A stretch of 64,000 nucleotides of DNA from Marsupella aquatica. Taxonomy: Eukaryota > Plantae > Marchantiophyta. Position numbers and translations under genes: made by a program. The stretch spans positions 14,418,684 to 14,482,683 of the forward strand of contig OZ316896.1 of NCBI GenBank assembly GCA_973895155.1, read 5' to 3'. Of the stretch, positions 37,097 to 49,400 are shown one piece after another. The notes under the pieces were generated by a model. It had not been told where the DNA came from. It saw only the letters and a program-made list of their open reading frames with translations, and made no database searches. Numbering within the stretch: position 1 is the stretch's first letter; every line of letters starts with the position of its first letter.

Positions 37097-38927
37097 AAAC
37101 ACTCATAACCAAAAGAATTGTGTCAAATACATAAATTGATCTAGTTGAGGTATTTTTTTACTGATTCCAATACTTATTGAAACGTGCTCTGCCCAGCCAA
37201 ATCAAATATAACCGTGGCAAAGCAAAGGAAATAAAGCCAAACTGAACAATAAACTGAAAGCCTGGTAGAGCCCCAGGAAGCACAACCTATAGCAGAATAT
37301 CCTCTGACAAGAAAAGAACAAAATATTTGTGTAAAGCTGATGCATCTAGTACTTATGGTGAACCAAGCATTTTAATGCTACATGAAGACCAGTGAAAATC
37401 AGGTGGAAGGTTTTGTTGTGTGGGGCATTTACATAGTACACGTGTGTATTTGTGGGTGGGTGGGGGGGCTGCTGTGGGGACCAAGGCTCCATATATCCTA
37501 ACAGAACATCATAAAATTGGAAAGGTGGCTTTTTGTGTCCCTCTACTACACTCGCTCTCTGGTCAGATCACACAAAGAATATCACTATGCAAAACACAAT
37601 ATGGACCATTTTCAGACATTAACACAACCTGAATATCCAGGCGGAAACGCACCAAGGGCTCTCTGTACCCAGACTCCATAACCTGTCCCTATTCACAAGC
37701 TTAGTCAAAATGTTAAAATTTTCTGTTGCCAGGTAAGTTACTAGTTATCGTTACACTGTAAGCATAGTCTAAATTTCAGTTTGCTGTTACCAGAAACATC
37801 AGCCTGGGGGTTCACTCTAGTGAGTGGGTCATGAACCTTAGATTTTTCAATCTTAACTCAAGTGGGACATGAACAACATGAACAATAGACTTCATTCGTA
37901 AATTATACTTTAGATTCAGTCGAAACCCAGACATTGCAACATTAGAAAAGCGGGGTGGAGCATTTCTGGTAGGTAATTGAGTCTTCAGTCCAACCATTGC
38001 AATAATAGGAAACTGTGGGAGGGAGTGTATTTCACGTTGTCCCGTAGAACGCCTGTTACCCTTCGAAAGTTGTCTACACTGCAAGTCCTCCGCTACACAA
38101 ACTCCTGTACTTGTTACCCATTCAAAATTGTCTACATTGCAAGTCCTTCGTTTATTGCAGAATGAGCCAAAGGTAAGAGGACCTCTCTAAATTTGAAACT
38201 CTTTCCAGGTTTGCACATTAACGATTTGGCCAAATTCTGTGATATTGCTCGACGTGTATGAACAAAATGGGATTGAGGGATTTTTGGTTTGCAATACTGA
38301 ATGTTAGGATTCATATAACTGCCGCTCTCAGTGACAGCTAGGTAAAGTTTCAGTTGAACCCACGAGAGGAACCCGTTTTATAAAGACACTATCCATATAT
38401 TTGGAGAGCTTCAGTTCGAGAATGAAGGAACTTTCCTCTTTGGCCAGAAAGAATGCAAAGCACCGACCAGGAACGAACATATCTTGCAATTCCTTTCGAT
38501 TTAAAATGTACTCAATGCCCTCTGGACTAGTCATTTATAAATAATGAATGAACAGGGATCAGAATCACTCGTTCTGCCCATAATGCAGTTCATAGAAATG
38601 TCCACACTGATCGCCCTCATCCTCTTGAAGTGATCAAGCAACGTCAACTACTGCTAGTCCAGCGTTAGTACTGTCTCGCAGTACTACCTGTGATACGCAA
38701 TATTTCTTAAGCTTGATACACTGCACCACGCAAATTAAAGAATATGCGTTGGGTACATCGAGCAACCATCAGGCAGTCCCAGGCCCTGAAGCATCAACAC
38801 AAATACCCCCCATCAAATTGGGCGTGCGTGCAAGCTGGTGTGCACCATTATGTGGGAGGACCTCACAAAGTCACTGCAACAGACGGCACATTGCATACGC
38901 TGCGTGAGAAAACGAACACACAGCTGT

Positions 38928-40924
38928 CTAGCCTGCAATAAGATCGACCTCATCAAGCATGCTGACGGCCATTGTCAATTTAGAACGTGTTAACAACTAC
39001 AGTCATCTATCAATAAACAATTACGTGGTAAACAATGAAAAACGTGGAGGTATGAACAATTCGGGGGATTTAATATGCCAAAGGTCGTCATTATCGCAAA
39101 TTCAAGTCATCACGAAATAGAAACTTACTGGATGATGAGGACCTTCGGCATTCATTGAGCATGTCGACGTAGAACTGGCACTTGCCGATGTCACTATTGT
39201 TAGCTTGGATACACTGCACCGGAAAAAGCCACAACGTGATAAGCATTACGTGAGACCAAGAGTACAAGAACGACCTCAAATGAATAGAATGCAATACAGA
39301 TGGAAATAAAAATAAAATTTGCCTTACATCCTGGAAGGCCTTGGTCTGGTTGGTGCAAGCCTCATGAGACACAGTGGTCATCTGCGACTGTGAAACATTT
39401 CCTTGGCCGTCAGTAGTTTGAGTGTGCTCGTGTTGGATTGTTCGAGGTCCCACCACGGCATCAACGGCTCTGTGTGCCACAGCACTTCCGGTGCCAAAAG
39501 CCATTCCTGTTCAAATAAAAAAAGAACCTTGGCATGACGAGGTTTCCCTTTAACAAACCAGAGGAAAAAAGCAAATTTTGTGATGCACATACTCAGACAA
39601 CATTTCTCTTTCATTAACCTTAGAAGACGACCTCCTGGCATGATGCATAAAACTGAGTTAGTTCCCATAACGTTCTAGTTGACTGTAGCGCTACTTGATC
39701 GCTCAGAGCCAAACACAAGTAGAGTCATACCTTGAGCAATAGTGCTTGCAAGGCCACCAAGCATGCCACCACCACCACTCTGCTGGGGGATCGCTGGGGG
39801 CGGAGCCTGGTTCACTGCATAACGAGAAAGTTCATCACACAGAAAATCAGAACTTCGTTTTCGATTCACCACAGTTACTCAGAAAGCTGGGCACGGAACG
39901 GATCAACTGCCATATGTGGTGGATCGATTTAAGTAACGGAACCCGTATCACCAACATAACACAAGGTTACAAAACGCGATATTTCTTGCCAAGCCTAAGT
40001 ACAAAATCTCAACATAAGTACGTCAAGTGTCTTTCTGTCAAACCCAGATAGACAAATGGTTCCCGACAGATAGTTCGATTAAGGTACAACGAACGGACTG
40101 AAAAAGAAAAAACCAAACTTAGAAAAATCCAATAGGCGAGAAAAAGAATTTTGAATGAACAGTATTGCTTACCTCTAGCAGGAGGTGGAGAATTGTAGGA
40201 CCGAGAAGTCGGCCGAGGAGAGGGACGTCCTTCCATCACAAACGGCGGCACAAATTCTTCGTCAGCATACCAAAACCCTAAATACCTCTCATCACTTATA
40301 ATAACTACTGATGTTCCAGCACCCTACAAGTACAACACCGGCTTCACAGCCCCAACACGGAAAATAAGACTCCGTCTCCACACGCACTTGCCTCCGTGCC
40401 TTTCCTCCTGTATGACTATCAGCTAAAACCGACACCGCCATCGATTTACGGACGTGTGGTTTCAATACGCTGTACCTCTCGGCCTTTCCAAGATCAGAAA
40501 CCAAGTTTCCAAACAGTGTATCTTTCCGATCAATCTAACGACTGCCATCAACATTAAACCCCCGAGCGCCATGTGCTTCTTAAAATAAATAAATTGCCGA
40601 CGTATATTTAAAAATCGTAGTGACAACCTCCTAATTGCATGAAGGAGTATAACAACGACATACACCCTGTCCTCAGTGAGAGTACCGGAGATAATTCAAC
40701 AGATCATTCACAATCCCGATCATCAAGAGGAAACGAAGACCTCCAGATTTGAGCACGCACGAACAGAAACTAGCAAACAAATCCGATAAATCGTCGAAAT
40801 CACACAAATCATCCCCGATCCTCCATGGAACATCAGAAACAACGGCTTCTATGATTGCGAAAAACCAAAAACCGAAACCCTAGACGACGATGATCCACAT
40901 ACCGGCACTCCTGTTGCGAGGCAT
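38928..40924 (-). CDS. CHCHD2/CHCHD10/MIX17-like mitochondrial twin-CX9C protein
   Basis: Exons encode MPRNRSAG (40924-40903), GRPSPRPTSRSYNSPPPAR, VNQAPPPAIPQQSGGGGMLGGLASTIAQG, MAFGTGSAVAHRAVDAVVGPRTI...C(x9)|C, then C(x9)C. The family hallmark GMAFGTGSAVAH is present. The tiny last exon (stop 38928..38930) is the least certain part. Confidence 0.88.
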
Positions 40925-43401
40925 GTTGGCTGACTGTCTGAAATTCACACCACTGCAAGGTGAGGATGTTCGAAATGTTCGCTGAATCGAGAGACGCACG
41001 CTGGAGATCGGATCGGAGAGCGATGAACAACACTTGACGGCAAAAACGTCAGAAAGGTAAGAAGATCGCTCTTCCGAAGCAAAGTTTCCTTTGAAAGGGC
41101 ATATAAAGAGAACAAAGCAGCTCTCGCGCTCGAGTGAAGAAAGGATATACGGTAATAATCCCAATTAGCCCTCCGAAACTAATCCCGTGGATTAGCCCAA
41201 CTCTAATCCTCCTCCACTGCCTGTCGCCGGTCTTAGACTGTCGCACGCAGATGATTAGCCAATAGCCGCTTGGAAACCGGTGATAGGCAGTCGTCACAAG
41301 GGCTTGACCGGGTTCAGGCAGTATGATTTTGTAAACAAAGATCCTGATTAATCAATTAACAGCTGGATTAACTGGATGTTAAAAAGCGGGCGTTCTGGAG
41401 TGTTCGTCCGTGAGGAGAGGTACTACTGAGGTAGGTTCGACGTTCACATCCGTTCGTAGGCCACAAGTAACCTCTACGAAACTCTACAGTACGTTCCGCT
41501 TTGCGTTGTTACCTTCTGATTTACTGTTGGGCATTTTATCTTTTATTTTAGCTTATGCGAAATCCTTCGAGTGTACTTTGGGAGGATACCAATTAGTTTG
41601 GGTTCCCATAGACCTATCCTTAAATTTTGAGTGGTGCCTATTTCATACTTGCTTTCAAAAATCTTTTTAGTTTTTTTATTTTGGTGGAAAACAATAGACC
41701 TATCCAGAAACTCATGACTTGTATGTGATGGTTCTTGTCTTTGAGAAACTGTTGTACATCTATTTGGTTGCCAAAAAATTTTCATGCAAAACTTTCCTTT
41801 CATGCTCAGAAAGAGTCACCCATCGCATACGCAGCAAAGCAAGTTTGCAGATAAGTTCATGATCAATTGTTACTCTCATGCAACTTTACTAGGAACAGAG
41901 GCACCAGTGATGCCTGGTTATGTAGGTTTAGGAACAGTCTTTTAATGACTATTATTTTTGGCTAAATGCACAAAAACTTCACAACCTTTTACAGATAGGT
42001 TTCTTATTTCATAACTTTCATGAAATAGATGAAAGTAATGCTCAGATGAATAGGCACAATGTCCGGGTGACGCAAAGATCTTGAGGCAAGGCAAAGCAAA
42101 AATTGTTGAGGCTATGCTCAATGTTGCAATGAGGCAAAGATGTGAGGTGAGATAAAGACGTTGAAGAGAGTCCAAAAAAAATGCAAGGAAGACAAGATAA
42201 TACAGGTGAGGCAAAGAATTCAAAGAGAATAAATTTGGGCGGGACAGGGAATTATAGACTTTGATTGGATATAGATTGTGATCATCTAAGTTTAATATCT
42301 CACTTTATTAGAATGTAAATTTTAGGATAAAAGGGTTCTTTCATTTCTAACTGGCACTCAGTATACACGAGAAAAATGGCTGGTCTTTAGGCCAAAGCAC
42401 CGCATAGGTATTCGGCAAGTGGAGCACAATGACGACAATAGGGAAGAGTCAACCAAATCAAAGTTATTTGAGTTTGTCTTTGTCCATATACCTATTGTCC
42501 ACCTTCACTTTCAGTTTTGTATTTATAGAAAATTATGTCTAGAGGCTTCTCTGTAGACCATAGCCATGGAAAGTAGTTTCACATTTTATTGATAGTTAGA
42601 GTCTATTGGTTCACTCTAGACCATTGGTTTCACTCTAGACCATAGGTAACCCTGGAAAGTAGTTTTGCATTTTATTAGGAAAATTTGTTTAGTGACAAAG
42701 TTTATTAGTGCTCACTTGAGTGGAGACTGATAGATATTGGGTTCAAATGTTGCTAGTGGCTGTTCCCTTTTGTCAGGTTTCTCCTTAAAATTTATATTTA
42801 AAAAAAGAAAGTAAAAAATGTAGTAGGATTTGAAACATATTTTAGTGGCAAAGTGGTTATTTGATTTTAACTCAAAATACACGAGCTATACGAGCAAAAT
42901 GGCTAATCTTCTTGTCGTGCCAAAGCATCGCAAAGAACACGAGAATAGAGTATTCGGCAAGCGTGAGCACGATGACGACAGTAGGAAAGGAGGAGCTCAT
43001 CCCTCGAGAGCTCTGTGCAACGTGCCTCTCATTCTCGAGGGGAGGAGGTGACGGAGGATCGATTGATTGAATAACAGCTCAATGCGATACAGTGGTGGAC
43101 GTGGCGTTTGAATCACCTGATTTATGACGATTGGAGCTCGAGGACTCTGCGTGCTGGTCACCCGGTTTGAGGCAAGCTGCTGTTTTTCGGTGAAATTAGC
43201 GTTCGCAGTAGTCCTGTCGGAGTGTGGGAGATCGTCTCTTCGGTCTCTGGAAGAGATTCGCTCACTGCCGGGAGAATTTGGCGGAAGGCGATAGTCGCGG
43301 CGTGAAACGTGGTCAAGTTTGTCTGTGTGCAGAAATTCAATGTTTGAAAGAGTGTGTTTGTTCTTCGCTGGAGGTGATTGCGCCAATTTGTGGACCGAAG
43401 T

Positions 43402-46400
43402 ATGGAGTCGAACACGTTCAAAGAGGAGGACCACTCTCCAGAGCTCCCGCGGGCGCGCATGTTTAGCCTCCGCATTGTCCAGTTGGACTACTATATGGCT
43501 GCTCCTCTTCCAGGCATGGATGAGTGCTACTCTCACTTCCAAGGTGATCCAAAGAAGAAGAATAAATACGATCTTTGAAGCTGAGCTCGAATTATCCGGC
43601 ATTGTTGCAATTTGTTTCATCCTATGTTCGCTGTCAAAGGGCTCGCTTTAAGATGCATGGGTTCGTTCACTGGTAAATGTTTTATGGTTTGAAGCTGAGC
43701 TCGAATTATCTAGAAGTGGTGCACTTTTGTTTCTTCTACAGTGGATCGGCTGTCAAATGGCTCGCTTTAAGATGCGAGGAATTCTTTTACTGAATTGGTA
43801 TTTTATTATGGCAGGCCGAGGAGTGAATGAGGTTCCAGTTGTTAGAATTTTCGGTTCCACAACTTCGGGTCAGAAGACTTGTTTGCACCTGCACAAGGTC
43901 GTATCTAGGAGACTTCATCCTACTTTCCTTTCCAGTCGTGAACGTTTAGTAAGCGTAGAAACTCAATTGCGAGCAGGTTGTTGCGGATGGATCTCGCTAA
44001 GAATGTTTTTTTTCCCAATCAGCCAGTAATTCAAAACCTATTGTTATTGCGAGTGTCACAGGAAATTGACCTTGTAAACCTTAACGAATTTCAAGTCTTA
44101 TACCTATTCGATATAGTTTCCCCCCTTCAGCTATATACCGTGGTTGCTGCCTGATATCCCAATAATTGTGTACTGGACTCTGGAAGTGCAGGCCTTTCCG
44201 TACTTCTACGTGGCTTACGACGATGATCTTCCGCAGGAAGTCAACGAAGGTTTGTTCCTTGTCTCTGACTACAACGGTGACCATATTTTTAATTGAAAAT
44301 TGATGGCTTGGGGACTGTGTTCGATCTTCTTGAAGTCAAAGCTGCTAAATCTTCTTGTGTCAAGGAAGACTAATAATCTATCCAAGACAGTGAGTTCCGA
44401 AGTACAGCAGTGAATTACCATATGCTATACATGTCTACCTCATGGCGGGGAACATACTCCGAGGCTTTTAAAGTGTACTACGACTAAGGTGGAAGAGAGG
44501 CGTAACTATTGCCAAACTAGGTCTGTTGCCATCCCGCCCCACCTGGCAGTGGTGAGGGATGGAAGCCCCTATTTTTCTAGGATGAGCGATGGCGTGCTTC
44601 CGCTTGGCACGATCTCTAACTTGGATAGCGTGGCTCCCGAAATTGAATCATTCCAGCATATTTGCTCATTTGATTCATATGTTTGTTTCCAGCGTTGGCG
44701 TATGTCCGCAGGTTAGCTTCAGCTGTCGAGAAAGCATGCAAGGTGCATATCTGACACTCTGGAGTTCTTGTTAAACTCTTGTGATTTAGTCGTATGATAT
44801 TGTTGTTTTGGACGTTTAAATACGTCAATTCATCACGGGATAGGGGATGTGTGATGTCTAAATTAAGCTTTACAGCTATTCTCTTCACTTCAAATATTTG
44901 GCTGAGAAAGGGATAGAAATTGATTATTTTCTGATTGGACAACTCAGCACGAGGTGACATTCATCATTTTAATTTTGTCTCTAAATGTGATACAGATAGC
45001 AAGTAACATGGGTGCAAAGAGACAGCATGTGCACAGTTGTAGCCTGGTCCGTGGAAGGAAGTACTACGGATATTTTCCCAATGAACAGCTGTTCATCAAG
45101 ATAGTGTTGTATCCTTGTGATTCACGTTCCCATAAATTACTTATTGTTTCACGGAGATGGTGGACCATTTTGCCAGGTCCTATTTTTCTGGACTGTCTGT
45201 TTACTTACCCTGATTTTATCTGTGCCAGTGCACTTTGCAGCATGCAAAAAATATAGCCGTGTCACAGGGATATAAGGTTGAGTACTGAAGCAAACTGAGC
45301 TGATGATTTAGGTAGAGGGCCAGACTTCTGTGGGTAGTTGTGCTTAAATGATTTTGTTGTTAAAGCTATTCGACCTATGTTGTTCGTATGTTTGTAACCT
45401 TGACCAGTTATTCAGATACTACCCACAAGAGGTATCTCGAATGAGCACACTGCTGCTGGTAGGTTGTGGTGGATTTGGCGCATTTTATTCTAGGTGAAGC
45501 CTTTTGCAAGCCCAGAGTTTTCCCTAGTGTTTTGGCAGCTCTCTCATCCTTTAATGAATAGTGTACCTAGATTTGCCACTTCAACGTCCAGTTGAACACG
45601 TCAGGTCTTGCGAACATTGTGTCTTCCACTGCAATTGATATTCTCTAAAATTTGTGCAGAGTGGTGGGATAATGAACCACAAGTTCCAGCCGTATGAATC
45701 TCACATTCCATATCTCCTTCAAATCCTGGTAATGATTGAATACTTTCCAGTAGGTGTAGAGGTTTTGTCTGTAATTTTATTGTACCATGGACTGCTTCAA
45801 GCTCGAACCACACAGTGCAAGACAGTTTTCAGCATTACAAGCACGGGGTTTGTATTTTATTATTCAGGCACAAGTTTATGGGTGCATGTGTATGTGTTTG
45901 TGACTGGTAGCAGCGTCCTGCTGGACGTCGTCAATTGTCTCTGCGAAGGATGAATTGGGAATTAAAGTCATCAGCTTGAAATGATCATAACCTGGTTAGG
46001 TTGTCCTGCAGATTGACTATAATCTCTATGGGATGGGCCATCTACACGTGTCCAGCTTAAAATTTCGTAATCCTTTACCTCAAGGCTCACCTAATCTCAT
46101 AGGTTTGGTGAAGCAAGTGAAGGCAGAGTTTTTGTACAGAGCAACTGTCACAGCAGTGGAGGACATGGCCCAATCGAATGAGATGGATGCTCAGAAGGAA
46201 CAGGTTGACCCACAATCGGATTTGAGCATGCAGCATCAAAAGAAGGGTGACCTGCCAAGTACCTGCCCAGGTGTTAAGCTGGTTTCTCCTAATTCTAATC
46301 AACAAACACCAGGTGCCGAAACTCAACAAGACCATTGGCTGCAAGGAACTGTTCCCGGAGAATGGATATGGCCCATACATTCGTCTTCACAGGGTCGTCA

Positions 46401-49400
46401 AGGACCATACTCCAGGCAGAGCACTTGTGAGCTTGAAGCTGATACGTCTGTTGTAGGTAATATACTTTGGAGATTCCAGTGATTGCACGAGTTTTGCGTG
46501 TCACTGCCGATAGAGAGGAAGCACTGACTTTTGCAGAATGTTGTGTGGTACTTGCATTGTAGATATTCTCAACAGAGCTGAGCTTCTCTTTAGACCTCTC
46601 CAACACACAGGATCAGAAGTTAAGATGGTTCAGTCACTGACCCCAATGTGGGAGGTAAGGTTTTACTATACCAATGCCCCGTCACGTTTCGAGAATTGAG
46701 ACGTCTTTGGGTCTAGCGGAAACTAGGGATTACTGGAATGAACATAGGTATCAGTAGAATTGGTATTAAGGAGAACATTTAGCTTAAGGGAGGACTTTGA
46801 GCATGTATCTCGAACTGAATGGTTTTGCTCTCGTCAATGCATCAACCTAACCGTTGAGAAATTTCTATTTTCTTATTAGGAGGAGTTACTGAGGACTGGT
46901 GAACGTGGCCCAGCTGGACCAGTGAATGCTCAGTATCAACCAACAAAACGTATGCCTGTACCTGCAACTCCTCTGGAGAAGGCAATGCGAGATACTCTGT
47001 TCCAGATAGCGAATACAGAGGAGCATCAAGTGAAACCCACCAGCGGCATGCAGGACGCTACACAACACCCTGATTCAGCTATAAGAAGGGGAAAGACAAC
47101 AGTAGAACCACCCACGCAAAACTCAGATCATGGCCCAATGGTCTCTTCTACAGTTGCCAGCGATCTGTATTCCGTACCCTTACTGGAGAATAAGATTCTT
47201 GGTGACCAAAACTCAGTGCCATCAATCCAAGAGGCAGGTGCAAGCATTCCAGCCAAGGGAAATCTCTTGCAGTGCACACAATTGGCAAACGGTGAGGTTG
47301 CTCTTGTTTCTCCGGAGTTAGACTATTCTCCTAAGCAAGCGACCTTGAAGGATGACAATGATGCGATTGCTATCAATGAGGACGCCATATTATCCCATCT
47401 TTCTCAGAGATTACAATCTCAGGTTTGTGTCCTGACTTGAAGCCATTGTTGGTGTTATGGAATATGTCACCAGGATTGATGGTTGTTGATATTTGGAATC
47501 AAATGTGCGGAAAGATTTGTTGGGCTACTTTTCAGGGAGACTTTAACTCAAAGGAACGTGCAGGACCTGGACACTGAAGCTGCAGAGCTTCTCCGATGGT
47601 TGGGAGACGCTCAAGATGCCGAAGATGGGATTCATGAACAAAAAGTTGCAGAGGTAGTCTTGAGCCAGATTTTCAGTTCACCAGGAATGGATTCTGCATT
47701 ACTGAAAGCTCTGGCAGACTATGAAAGCGCCACTGAACAAGAGTGTCAAGCTATTCTTGAGTGTATGCCTGTTGATAAAGAGGAACCTGGGGAAGAGCAA
47801 GCTTTCAATGATGCGGATGTTAGTGGCTGGGGACAGGGCCACTTTAAGAGAGACAAGGAGGGTCAGACAGGATCAAGTGCTTCTACTAGTTCAGATTGGA
47901 TGAAGAGGAAAAACGAACAAAAGGATAGCCGAGCACTTATTCCTCAGACAGATGGACCAGGTGATGACGATTCAGAGGATAAAGTGGACCACGATGAGCT
48001 ATTTTCCCCTTCAAAGAACCGCAAAGTTGATCTTGAGGCTGGTGCAAGTGCACAGCACACACATTTGGATGTTACTGTTAGAGAAAATATGCGCAGATTG
48101 AGTGCAGAAGAAATTCAAGAAGTTTCACTGAGGGAAATGATGAGGAAAAGGAGAGAAAGGCGACCCCGAAAGAAAGAAAGTTCATCCTCTCCATCGTCAT
48201 TTTCAGAAGATGCAATGGAAGGTGTAGAGCAAGAGAACCTCCAAGGAAGGCCAGCTAGTGTATCAAGACAGCAAGAGATCCGTAGAATAGGCAGGAAGAA
48301 TGTGGTGGGCATGCTAGATGACCAAATGGTGCACGTGGAATCAAGAAGAAAATCAGGACTCTTAGCAACGACCACGGGTAGGAAAACTGATAAGAATTTT
48401 GAGCGTGAGAAGAAGGGGAAAAGCAGTTTTGCAATCGATAAGAAACATGAATCAAAGAATCTTAAATATACAGCCTTGCCTATGGTAAAAGTCAACATTG
48501 AGGAATCCTTGGATACACCGATGCCGGCCCTATATACAAGGGACACAGAAAAGTGCGCGGGTGAATCCAACGAGGACATATCAAATGCAGAGCAGCCAGG
48601 CATCTCCGATTCAGTTCCGTATCCAACACAAAGTTCGGCAGGACACCTGGTCATAAAGACGTTCGAGAGCAATGAAACCTATAGGAATCACGACAAGTTT
48701 GGTGTGATGCTTAGTGGGGATGACCGTGACTGCGGTGGTGGTGGTGATGGAACCAAGAATTTTGCACGACAGGAAACAGGAGACGAAAGGACTCATGATG
48801 GTTCTTTGGCAAAGTGGACCGTTAGCACATCCACGGTCATGATTCCTCAAGCTAATGAAACGCAATCATGGCTGCTCGAAGAGGAGGAATGTTTTAGACA
48901 GATGCAAGCTGTAGAGGTGCAGCACATATGTATGGAATCTTCAAAACACAACGAGCTCGATAGTGCTCAAAACATAGTGGAATCTCAAAGCAACTGCAGA
49001 GAGGCCTTGGAGCCCCCCCGTACAAGTTTGGATGATTTCTCACAAACGAATAAATTTGCGGGCTTCGATAGAAGTATAACGGATTCTGCTACTCAGATCC
49101 TTGTGCAAGTAACTCAGTGCACACAAGAACTGAAACAAGGTGACCCCGTCGAAGAAGAGGGTGGAGGTCATGAAGTTGCAGTGTTTAGAAGGTTCCCTAG
49201 TACCGTAGACAATACTGGCCAATCAGAGGGTCTACAAGTTGATGCCGCTCATCCCACTCAATATCTGTTCACTGACATGTCGGATGACAGCCAGGAAAGC
49301 TTTGATTCTGGAGAAGGGGATTGGTCCAGGGAGAAAAATTGGGAAGGTTCTGAAGCACTTTTTGGAGACGAAGATCAGGAAGAGATTCGAGGTATCCTTG

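Noticed and set aside
36725-37102. 125-aa minus-strand ORF with an internal repeat
   Set aside because: Its length comes from a ~123-bp DNA duplication, and it has no ATG-supported domain I can recognise.
40260-40295. Box C/D-like motifs (GTGATGA...CTGA) on the minus strand in the CHCH-gene intron
   Set aside because: The spacing (~35 nt) is too short for a snoRNA, and CTGAC is better explained as the branch point.
42997-43620. 207-aa minus-strand ORF
   Set aside because: It is antisense to the REV3 5' region and first exon and has no domain.
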